A DNA stretch of 63,454 bases, the filler included, from Collodictyon triciliatum (Eukaryota), in the NCBI GenBank assembly GCA_043381765.1. It is 10 parts of 10 records of this genome, joined end to end, with 100 filler letters (N's around TTAATTAATTAA, not from the genome) between each part and the next. Parts side by side here need not be neighbours in the genome. Positions count along the whole stretch, not along the records: positions 20,791 to 27,618 come from JBHJMP010004219.1; positions 27,719 to 34,544 come from JBHJMP010004220.1; positions 34,645 to 41,470 come from JBHJMP010004221.1; positions 41,571 to 48,396 come from JBHJMP010004222.1; 6 more parts are not named here. One strand, given 5' to 3'. The translations under genes were made by a program, and so were the position numbers. Shown in pieces: positions 25,101 to 42,219 of the stretch. How positions within the stretch are numbered: the first letter of the stretch is position 1; each line of letters opens with the position of its first letter. Below the pieces are notes generated by a model. The model did no database searches. It was not told the origin of the DNA and worked only from the letters and a program-made list of their open reading frames with translations.

Positions 25101-27120
25101 TACATTTGATAGTATTTATGAGGAGGTCATTCCATCATCTGGCGCATATTATGTGAAAATGAATAAAATTTTGTTGAAAGTGCACATTTGCCGATTCTGT
25201 TATGAGTTTGCTGCTACAATCCCTGTAATGGAGCATTTTACCATCATCGCCCGATATGGGAATCCCCAATGTATTTGCAATTATTTTCCCGTCCTAAGAT
25301 GTACGACTTGAGAATTTGCTGAATCATACATATTTAGCAATATATACATATTTATTGGCTGGTTACTTTTTGGAGAATAAAGGCGTGTCCGTTTTTGCTT
25401 GTCTTAATCGTTTTCAACTTATCTTGAATAAGTTCCAGGTTAATTTCTGACCCAGCAACACCGATGACTTTCAAGGACAATTCAGTCACACATAGTTTTT
25501 TTTTATTTTATTATAGTGATTACTCTAATCCACTAAAATATATTAAAAAATAGAAATTGGATGACATATGTAGGAGATTCATGTACAAAAATCACTTCTT
25601 TTCTTCAAATTATAAATTGGCCGAACTGCAGTCATCGCAAGGACGGACTTTCCAGCAGTAAAAGAAGCATAAACAGGGCTCCATGTCGGTTTACCTTGGC
25701 TTATAGCGGCTTTATACCTGGCATTTATTTTTAAAAGGAAAGTTCATCGGTCTCAAGAGTATGTCTCGATGCCTGATCGGGATGTTTTCGAAATAATTTT
25801 AACAAAATACCATGCTCTTTGGGTAGAATTGTAACCCGAGACCTTGAATTTGATAGGGAGCTGTTCAAAAGGAGTAGTGATATTCTCTCTTGTTACGTGT
25901 GCCCTTCTTAGCTCATAGTTTGTCTCAGGTGAACTGCAGCCCAAATAAGTTGGCCCAGAGTCCTTAACGAAACCTTAAAATCAAACAGCTCAAAATAGAC
26001 TCACTTTCTCATTATTCTCAATGTTTTGATGATATCATCATATTTTTTATCATGTTGAAATGAAAGTATAGGCGTACTGTATATTCCACCATCTTGATAT
26101 CCAAAGTACGCTTGTGAGAGTGATTTTGTTTTCTACGTTGGGAAAATTATAATAAGATGAATAAGAATCGTTTTATTTAACACAAATAGGTTGCTTTTTT
26201 TTTTTTATTAAGACCTCAATAATTCCCAAATTTATGTATCTAGCAGCTAGAGTGTCACAGCGGATACCGTTGTTCTCAAGGTCCATTTGAAAAATCATCA
26301 ATTCAAAAGAACGTAAAATTTCATGCGGTATACTAAGGGCTGCCTGAATTTCTTGCTGTATGCGCTCCACAGTCTATTTTTTTTTAAAAAGGAAAATCTC
26401 ATAAATGTGTACGGATGGTGAATTTAAAGTGATGCCAGTTAGTCAACATAATTTTATCATGGACCTAGGGATTGCGCTTGATTTTCTACAAACCTGTTTC
26501 TGTAATTGGTTTGAAACGTCTTCTACTGACTGATTATGTATACAAATGCATGGTTAATTAAATAATCATAAGAAAAGCCGAAGCCTATTACATTGCACAA
26601 TTTAGAAAGAATAAAAAATTGAATAAAATTCATACACGCATGATGGTGTTCACGTCGAAACAAAAAAAATTACACAATTCGAAGAGATTATAGTGGATTT
26701 AACAAATCGAAGGGCCTATTACCGAAAATCCAAACGTATATGATGGTATCACGCTGACTGAGGCTACAGAAATAATCGATACGAAGGACAGCAGTAGAAT
26801 CGAGTTTCGAAGCGAGATAGTACGACGAGTGCTTGTCTTCATTTCAGCCTATTTATTAAAAGAGTGAGTAAAAAGAAATAATAGAAAATAATAAACGTAA
26901 AACAAAAATAAATGGTATTATTTACAATTTTTTAAGGGTCCTAAAATATCGATTATCTAAGTGCAGTTTGATTTAATATGAATCGGCCTCTTAAATTAAT
27001 ATTTCAAAAAAAACTGTAATGATGCTAAAAATAATTAAGTATACATCACTCCAGGCATATTTATTGGAGAGCTTTGGGGTGTCAGCATGCTCTGAAGCAT
27101 TTTGTATTTCGTGTTTAATG
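22137..27120 (-). CDS. Receptor-type class III nucleotidyl cyclase: TM-Cache-TM-HAMP-cyclase, multi-exon (5' end uncertain)
   Basis: TM1 ILLLSFVSIISVASVSVIPSY; Cache RAWYKAAISQGKPTWSPVY; TM2 LTAALFVITLLITLMVSTYITRPL; HAMP EIRMIQSSFQVMDTALQSFGKFVP; cyclase MFSDLKGFTTLAE, DFIGDGIM, RIGLHTGEVLVGNIGS, VGDAVNLASRLEGLNK, VKGR. Confidence 0.9.
22724..23027. repeat. Intronic purine minisatellite (GAAAAAGGAAAA)n
   Basis: Imperfect tandem repeat inside the intron of the cyclase gene. Confidence 0.9.
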
Positions 27121-27718
27121 CTGTGCATTATACTAAAAGTTAAATTCGAAATTTTATTATACGCCGAAGATCCTGGGGTAATGCGAGAAAAATAGAAATG
27201 AAAAAAAGGAACTAAAAGGAAGGAAAATACGAATAAGAAAAAGGGCGTTCATATCTTATTAATTCTCACAAATTAAGGGAAAATACTAATTAATTGATGG
27301 AATCTCAAATGGTAAGCGACATACATACCCGCACAAATATAAATAATTAGAACCTTATTTACCCTACCCGCAAATCGAGAGGAAGGATGTATTCAGAGTG
27401 ACCAAAAGCACCGAGGTGACTGAATACAGTTGTTTGGTTCGTAATTCAGATCAGTGCAAGTATGATGAAGAAAACTAGATTCGGTCCCATTTAGTCTCAT
27501 CCAGTCTATTTCTCGTATCAACAAACAAAAAACAAACAAAAAACAAACAAAAAACAAACAAAAAACAAACAAAAAACAAACAAAAAACAAACAAAAAACA
27601 AACAAAAAACAAACAAAANNNNNNNNNNNNNNNNNNNNNNNNNNNNNNNNNNNNNNNNNNNNTTAATTAATTAANNNNNNNNNNNNNNNNNNNNNNNNNN
27701 NNNNNNNNNNNNNNNNNN

Positions 27719-27816
<98 letters not shown>

Positions 27817-28405
27817 GACGCCATAGAAATATGTTTTCCTACAAAAAACAAAGGTTTCTTTGCCAGTTACGGTTAGCCGAAAATCTGACACAGTAAACGC
27901 CCCCACCCACCCAAAAAGAAAAAGCATTCGCCATTCCAGCAGGAAACGCCAAGCGATGCGTTTCTCTGCATTCTGTATGCTTTCCGCCTGTCTCACATGA
28001 CACACATCTCTTTGCAAAACATGAAGTGATATCGCATCATCGTCACCAAATCCCCCTCAAAGCATTCTCTCCTGGCCGTGATTGAAAGCCCTGATTTGCC
28101 CTTGTACAATGCATTGGAGGCTGCATCGCTTTCACATCATCCTTCCTTGCTGACTTCCCACGCATTGCGGAATGGACTAGCCATATGGCATGAGGCCCAG
28201 AAGAGATTTGTTTGTACAGCCTGCCTTTATTCATTCTTGTGTACCGAAGTTGAGAGAAGATGATAGCAGATGAGCATTGAAAGAGAGGAGAGGGGTTGAG
28301 CGTGAGGTAGGGGGACGAAGAAAGCAGACGAGGCTGGGATGCAATCGACAGTAACACGGAGGAATAAAAGAGCGTGCGCATGTATCTCGGGCCTGCGATA
28401 CTTGC

Positions 28406-30536
28406 CTAGTCAACCTCATCGATCTTCGGGCCACTGGGTGATGTGCCGGCGGGCTGCTGGTGCGCTTTTGCGATGATGGGACTGCAGACGGCCTCGAGCT
28501 CCTTCTGCTGATGCTCGTACTCGTCCTTCTCCGCAGACTGGTTGGCCTCGAGCCACTCGATGGCCTTGTTGACAGCCTCCTCGAGTCGAGCCTTGTCGGC
28601 AGGCGGAATCCTTGCAGCAAGCTGGTCACGGACGGTATTGCGCATCGAGTATGCGTAGTTTTCGAGGGCGTTCTTTGCGTCGATGCGCTCGCGCGCTACA
28701 TCGTCCTCGGCCTTGAACTTTTCGGCGTCCGCGACCATGCGCTCAATCTCGTCTTTTGTGAGGCGGCCCTTGTCGTTGGTGATGGTGATTTTGCTCGACT
28801 GTCCGGACGCCTTGTCCTGCGCAGAGACGTTGAGGATGCCGTTGGCGTCGATGTCGAACGTCACCTCGATCTGTGGTACGCCACGCGGGGCCGGTGCAAT
28901 GCCCGATAGCTCAAACTTGCCCAGCAGGTTGTTGTCCTTTGTGCGCGCGCGCTCGCCTTCGTACACCTGCACAAGCACGCCTGGCTGGTTATCGGCATAT
29001 GTCGAGAAGGTCTGGTTCTTCTTTGTCGGCACGGTTGTGTTGCGCTTGATCAGCGCCGTCATCACGCCCCCGGCCGTCTCGATACCCAGCGAAAGTGGTG
29101 TCACATCCAGCAGCACTACGTCCTGCACCTTCTTGTGCGTCTCACCGCTCAGAATCGCCGCCTGCACTGCTGCTCCGTACGCCACTGCCTCATCCGGGTT
29201 GATGCTCTTGCACAGCTCCTTGCCGTTGAAGAAGTCCTGTAGCAGCTGCTGCACCTTGGGGATACGCGTGGACCCACCTACAAGGACGATCTCGTGCACG
29301 GCCTTCTTGTCCATCTTGGCATCGCGGAGTACCTGTTTAAGGTCGAAGCTTAGTACCACTGTCTATGCTCCAGATGTGATTGCGTCGTATCAAATCAAAT
29401 CATATGATATATTAAATCAAATGCCTCACCTTTTCTACAGGCTCCAGACACCCGCGGAACAAATCGGCGTTCAGCTCCTCGAAGCGTGCCCGTGTGATGG
29501 ACGTGTTGAAGTCGATGCCTTCAAACAGCGCATCAATCTCTATGCTTGCACTGGCACTGTTCGATAGTGTGCGTTTTGCCCGCTCGCACGCTGTGCGCAG
29601 ACGCCGGACGGCTCGCGCGTTACCACTCATGTCCTTCTTGTGCTTACGCTTGAACTCGCTCAGGAAGTGGTTCACCAGGCGGTTGTCAAAATCCTCGCCG
29701 CCAAGGTGAGTGTCTCCGGCCGTGGCCTTGACCTCAAAGATTCCGTCCTCAATCGTCAGAAGCGATACATCGAACGTCCCACCTCCAAGGTCAAAGATGA
29801 GGACGTTGCGCTCTCCTGCGACCTTCTTGTCAAGTCCGTATGCAATTGCTGCAGCTGTCGGCTCGTTGATAATGCGCAGTACATTAAGTCCAGAGATTGT
29901 ACCAGCATCCTTGGTTGCCTGTCGCTGTGAGTCGTTGAAGTAAGCTGGCACCGTAATCACTGCATTCCTGACCGGCTGGCCCAAGTAGGCCTCTGCTGTC
30001 TCTTTCATCTTGACAAGAACCATGGAAGAGATTTCTTCTGGGAAGAAAGTTTTGCTCTCGCCCTTGAACTCTACCTGGATGGCCGGTCGATCAGCCTCCT
30101 TGGCTATGACCTTGAACGGCCAGTGTTTCATGTCGTCCTGGACAATCGGGTCGTTGAATCTGTGGGATAGAATGGTGAGATTGAGTAAATGATTACGATA
30201 ATCACAGATGCGACATTTATGTAAGTGATGATAAGTGTTTATGAAGCTAACAATCTTTGCTTTGCTTTTTCTAGATTTACACATTTATAGTGAAACTCAC
30301 TTGCGTCCAATTAGTCGCTTTGCGTCGAAGACGGTGTTAGAGGGATTGGCTGCGACTTGGTTCTTTGCCGCGTCACCAATCAGCCTCTCTGTATCAGTGA
30401 ATGCGACATACGAGGGAGTCGTGCGGTTGCCTTGGTCATTGGCGATGATCTCCACTCGGTCGTGTTGCCACACTCCCACGCATGAATACGTGGTTCCCAG
30501 ATCAATGCCGATAGCGGGGCCGTCAGTCTTTGTCAT
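28406..30536 (-). CDS. HSP70: Cytosolic Hsp70 (3 exons, two GT-AG introns at about 30160..30300 and 29333..29430)
   Basis: [46 protein letters not shown]-terminus GPKIDEVD; markedly GC-rich codon usage. Confidence 0.98.
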
Positions 30537-30682
30537 CTTGCTTTCTTTTGTGTAACTTGCTTGCTTGGTTGCTTGCTTGGTTGCTTGCTTGGTTTCCTAC
30601 TTTCTTTTCTGTCTTGTGCCTGTCGGATAAAAACTCTCACGCCGTAGAACTCAAAGGCCAGTCAGACTCCTTTGCAGGCCCC

Positions 30683-30842
30683 TTTTTATACGTGCACTTG
30701 TGAAGGCAGAACCGTCGCCCATCTTCGAGAGTCTTCCTTGTGTGCATCACTTCCACCGCGTCTCTCGCGCCTTCTTCGCCCGGCTTTTCGACCGATCGAG
30801 TCCCTTCTCGAATGGTGAAGAATGTTTTGGAACGAGCGAGAA
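30683..30842 (-). promoter_or_regulatory. Hsp70 promoter: TATA box plus heat-shock-element array
   Basis: TATAAAAA on the minus strand at 30683..30690. TTC at 30805 and GAA at 30810, 30820, 30830 and 30840 form in-register nGAAn units. Confidence 0.7.
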
Positions 30843-31174
30843 CTCCGGCGCAAATTTGGACAAAAAAATCATATGAATAAATATTATGTTATGGTATCAA
30901 TATTTATTATTATATATTGTCTATAAAATCCTATATGGTTAGTTTATGTATTCAAATTATATATTCCACATATGTTTTACTATGTTCTTTGTTTTTGTTG
31001 CGCCATATTTAACAAGGAATCGTGCGGAAGGAATCAGCAGTAAAGAGAAAAAAAACCTGGAAAAAAGAAAGAAAAAGGAATCACGAGAGAAGAGAAACAT
31101 AGTGAAAAGCGGCCGACCTTGGGTGCTCATTAAATATTTATTCTTTTCAGACTGACGTCTGCAACAGCGGCCGC

Positions 31175-34100
31175 ATGAATCGGCCCCTAAAACCTCACAG
31201 AAACTGGACTCGGTTCCAATACTTGCTCTTCTTCATCCTTCTCTATTCTGTATGGAGCTTTTGGTCAGCCGATCCCCTCCCACCGCAGGTAAGCATCATA
31301 GCCAGTGGAAAAAGGTTCCTCCCCGGGTTTTCCTCTTCAAATAATCCATTCTGAAAGAAAAAAATAATGTTAGAAAACTATATTATGCGTGGTTTGAGTC
31401 CTCCATTCGTGACCCTTCCAGAACCAGTAGAAAAGAAAAAGAGATACGTTCTGATATCCAGAGTTCAACTGTTAGGAAACAGGCCCAGACACTCCGATTA
31501 TGGGTCCACACCATCCGATACGTGGGGCGCCGCCTTTTTCTTTTCCTCAACACTGCTTTAGTTTGGGCTCTTCCGACGTATGCTACAAAATCGGCAGTGA
31601 ATCGTCTAGAAATCCTTGTTTCCATGACCCGAAAGACCCTGTAATATCCCTTTAACATTGGTTTGAGTGATGTCCTGAGTCGACACAGACACATGCATGC
31701 ATCATGAATTTGAAGTATTTATTTTCCAAAAAACATATTTTCATGACTTGAATATATTTTAATAGAAAATATTGTTTGCAAAATCAAGTCAGATAGGTTG
31801 TGTCTACCATTCTTTTCTGTTATTGGATTTCCTTGGACAAATTTGGAACAGGTTACATCTCTGCTGTCTCAACATCCTCACGTAAGAATGCAAGAAACTT
31901 TCAAAAAAGACTCTGTGTCTCCTGATAGTGGTCTGATGAATGAGGTATTCCATTCCTGGGGCACTGACATACTAAAATCTTGTTAATTTGTTTTTTGTTT
32001 TTTTGTTTTTTGTTTTTGTTTTTTTTGTTTTTTGTTTTTGTTTTTTGTTTTTTTTTTGCTATTGCTCCTTTTTCGATGAAAGAGAATGGATGTCTCTTTC
32101 AACGATTTCTATTATTCAAATTTGTTTGTATACAAAAGAAATCATATATTCTGATCCACAAACTATTCATTAATCATTGATTATTTTGGTGTTTTGATCA
32201 GGATAATATAGGGATAAAGGCGTACGCATCTAAATTCCCTCTCATTACCAAGTATTTTGATTTTTTTATTTATTTATTTTTTTTGCAATTTAGAATCCCA
32301 AATATATTTCCAGCGCAAAAAGCCGCCATTCATGTATTTATCTATACTGCTGATACACTAATATTATCAACAATACATCGATACATAGCTCAAATGACAT
32401 AGCTGGGGAAGTGGCTTTATCATATGCTACTAGTCCTTCAATGCCCGAGCGTTTGAAGGGAATTGTACCACACCTTCGTGTTATTGCTTTTATTCGTGAC
32501 CCAGTCACGCAATTACAACAACATCATATGTAAATACACCCTTTAATTTCTTTCCTTTACGAATCCAAAACGTAGACTGCGTAACATGTGAGGAATAATA
32601 GAAAAAATCATTTCTGAGAGTTTCTAGAACCAAATCTAACATCCTCATCATCTTGCATAAAATTGAAAGCAAGAATTAAAAAAGGTTGAAATTTCCTCTT
32701 TTTTTTTCTCTAAAAAAGACTTGACAACTTCTTCTAGGGGCATTGTAAAGACTGATTACGATCAGCAGATGTATGTTTTCATTTATCCTGTTGGGTTGCA
32801 ATAACCATTTGTCTCCCTGTATTCGTGCGGTTGATTGAAGCTTTTTTTTTCCTTTATTCGATTCAAAGTGCGGTTGATTGAAGCTTGTCTTAACACTTCT
32901 TTTGAATTATAGGAGAGACAAACCAAACAGACTCAGACTACGTATCAAACATTTTGATGAATATGTTCGAGAACCATCTGAAACAACTCAATGTTTTACA
33001 AAGTATCAATGCGAAGACGTTGTTAGTATACACAATTAAAAATATTTGGACGCTTTTGTTCATGTATTTCTATGCATATTGTCAAAGCTACAATAGTGGT
33101 GTTTTCTTTTATTGACTACATTCCCTTTGCAAAATTACAAACAAATTTATTAATCGATTTTGTCTGTAGGAGAAATGGACCATCAGGTGCAGTCAGAATT
33201 GTCAAAGATTGGGAAAATTCGTTCATGTAGATTGGTTAGAACCCTGGATTAAGACTTTTGGCAATAAACAAGTACTAGGTGACATAGGAAAACAAAATCG
33301 GTCAAAACAGATATTTACATAATTTTTTTGAACTCTGATCCTCAACATATCCTTATCGCTGATCATTTTTTGATGAGCTTTATTTCATTTTTTGTATTAA
33401 AAAAAAACTGAATTGTTTTGATTTATTCAGTAATTCGAATGGAAGATTTCGAAAATGAACCAGAAAGAGTAATGCGAATGATAGAGGAGCACCTTTTCAT
33501 ACAAAAGAATAATTATGGTGAGGATAATTAAAGTATTTTATAAGGTGGTTCTTTATTGAATATATTGCACAAACTAATAGATTTTAGGGCTGTAATGGAC
33601 ATGAAAAAATCGAAGCCAGCTCCGGGGGATAATATCCTCATGCGCATGCTCCCAAAGAAAACAGCAAAGGTTTCATTTCTTTTCTTATTCGTTGTATTCG
33701 TTTTATTTGTTTCATTTGTTTTCATTTGTTTTCATTTGTTTTCATTTGTTTTCATTTGTTTTCATTTGTTTTCATTTGTTTTCATTTGTTTTCATTTGTT
33801 TTCATTTGTTTTCATTTGTTTTCATTTGTTTTCATTTGTTTTCATTTGTTTTCATTTGTTTTCATTTGTTTTCATTTGTTTTCATTTGTTTTCACTTGTT
33901 TTCACTTGTTTTCACTTGTTTTCACTTGTTTTCATTTGTTTTCATTTGTTTCCATATTTACTTTTTTATACTTTTAAATCCTTTTTAAAATTAAATAAAA
34001 AAATATATGGGTATCATATATTCATCACCAAAGCCCAGAGTGAAAACGATGGACTATAGAATACAAAATCCACTATCCATCGATAAAGTTGGCTACAATT

Positions 34101-34454
34101 ACTCATCAATCGATGTTGAAACGACTCAGTATCTCCGCAATTTTTATCAACCGCATATCAATCGTTTGGTTTGTTTCAAAAAAAAAACTCATGTTTTATC
34201 TCGATTCGCATACCAAACATATATTTTCAGTTATCATTCTCAATTGACCTATCTTTTATCAAGTAATCGTAAATTTAATAGAGCAACAAGATTTATGATA
34301 ATACATAAAATTATGATGATACTAGGAAGACTTATTGAAAAAGCCATTGCACTATCCTAAACCTGTCCCTTACAAAGAATTGTACTCACCTGGTACCAAG
34401 ACTCATTGTTTTGAATTCAGTAAGGATACTCAAGCATGTTACGCAACTGGGTAA
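31175..34454 (+). CDS. Type II membrane Golgi sulfotransferase-like protein (HS3ST/CHST15-like fold), multi-exon
   Basis: N-terminal signal anchor (FQYLLFFILLYSVWSFW), NPCF...LCLPFFSVIG...LLSQHP, MPERLKGIVPHLRVIAFIRDPV (3'-PB region), WIKTFGNKQVL|VIRMEDF, LRNFYQPHINRL. Some exon junctions are unresolved. Confidence 0.75.
32825..32886 (-). mobile_element. Family A retroposon micro-insertion (24 bp, 32844..32867) in an intron
   Basis: 19-bp direct repeat GTGCGGTTGATTGAAGCTT (32825..32843, 32868..32886) flanks T7-CCTTTATTCGATTCAAA, identical to the family A 3' end. Confidence 0.85.
33707..33951. repeat. Intronic (TTTTCATTTG)n decamer repeat
   Basis: About 24 tandem copies; source of the spurious FICFHLFS ORFs. 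Confidence 0.95.
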
Positions 34455-34898
34455 CTATTCATGTATTTTATAAAAAAAAAAAAACGTAGAGAAGAGAATG
34501 AAAGAAAAAAGGCATTTCTTTTTGTATTTTTTATTTTTATTTTTNNNNNNNNNNNNNNNNNNNNNNNNNNNNNNNNNNNNNNNNNNNNTTAATTAATTAA
34601 NNNNNNNNNNNNNNNNNNNNNNNNNNNNNNNNNNNNNNNNNNNNATCATTTATCATTTATCATTTATCATTTATCATTTATCATTTATCATTTATCATTT
34701 ATCATTTATCATTTATCATTTATCATTTATCATTTATCATTTACCATTTACCATTTACCATTTACCATTTACCATTTACCATTTACCATTTACCATTTAC
34801 CACTTATGACTTATCACCTATCACCTATCACCTACTTATAGCGTTTCAGAACCGGATCCACAAGGTCAATTACTCTTTACTTCAGTCGTTCTTTTTAT

Positions 34899-34991
34899 CA
34901 TTTGGTCTTTTATAAGCCAACATCCCCACCATCCTGCACAAAATTGAAAGGAAGAATAAAGATAAATAAATAAACCATTTGGCCTTTTATA
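34899..34991 (+). mobile_element. Family B retroposon 3'-end fragment (about 61 bp, 34915..34975)
   Basis: CCACCATCCTGCACAAAATTGAAAGGAAGAATAAA is shared with 47895..47929. Flanked by CATTTGG(T/C)CTTTTATA 16-bp repeats with one mismatch; the A-rich tail has decayed. Confidence 0.8.
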
Positions 34992-35301
34992 TGAATGTGC
35001 TTTATTTTATCTGTCTTTGCTAGATGCATACTTTGAAATCCTCTTACAACTAATTTTGAAACTCAAATAATCGACTCTGATTATGATCGTTTCTCATTCT
35101 TAGATATATGGTAGGGAAATTGTCATTAACAGAAAGGAAATGTTTAATTGTGAATTAAAATATAATTTATATCGAATCTCGTCAGAATTATAATCATCAA
35201 ACTAAATTATCTGACAAATCTCATGGTTTTCTTTAATATATATTGATATTGATATTGATATACATGGAATGGTAATTTATAATACGATTATATTTTTTAA
35301 G

Positions 35302-41245
<5,944 letters not shown>

Positions 41246-42219
41246 TATTTGGTTTCACATATTTCTCATAGACAAGTCTATCTCTGGAACCATTCCTCAA
41301 TGATTGCTGTCAACTGTATATAGTCACTTTTTCCCTCCTGTTTGACGAATGCTATGTTCATGGTCAAAATAATAATAATGATAATAATAATGATAATAAT
41401 AATGATAATAATAATGATAATAATAATGATAATAATAATGATAATAATAATGATAATAATAATGATAATANNNNNNNNNNNNNNNNNNNNNNNNNNNNNN
41501 NNNNNNNNNNNNNNTTAATTAATTAANNNNNNNNNNNNNNNNNNNNNNNNNNNNNNNNNNNNNNNNNNNNTTTTCTTCTCTTTTCTTCTCTTTTCTTCTC
41601 TTTTCTTCTCTTTTCTTCTCTTTTCTTCTCTTTTCTTCTCTTTTCTTCTCTTTTCTTCTCTTTTCTTCTCTTCTTTTCTTCTTTTCTTTTACATCTCATT
41701 TCTATTTCTTTTACAATAATCGCAGAGATCGCACGTTATTTATTTCCATTTTCATATTTATGCGCACGATAATGTTTTCTTTCATGCTCATCTTCGCTTT
41801 TTATTTGTCCAAAATACCGCAACATCGACACATATCATGACTGCGATTGCACCTGCCCATTTCCTGTTGGAACACAAGGACGAGGTGCTTAATCCCGACG
41901 GATGAAATAAACCCTTCATTAAAAGATATCATTAACACATCTGAAAGCCTCTTGCAGTTGTTTGTTCTAATCAAGCGGATGGCACGCAGACGAGAATATA
42001 CCTCTCCACTTCCCTCATTCGCAAACCAACTGTGCAAACGGCGACTCGTTTTTCGCTGCCCTTCGTTGACTCTACATGTTTGTCGTTTCCATTTGTGGAG
42101 GATGACATGTTAAGCTTTTTGACGGGTCGCAGACTTTCGCAAGACTGATCAGAACAGCTCAGAAACAAGCACACGGATTTAAAGGGAGTGTGGGACTGTA
42201 AAGTTGAGGCACACAAAAG

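Noticed and set aside
28460-30555. Long antisense ORFs opposite Hsp70 (e.g. 28683..29567, 294 aa)
   Set aside because: A well-known by-product of GC-rich codon bias in Hsp70 genes; no independent coding evidence.
31652-31670. ATATCCCTTT resembling an AT-AC U12 donor in the sulfotransferase-like gene
   Set aside because: No matching AC acceptor or branch point; the adjacent GTAATA donor with an AAG acceptor keeps the frame.
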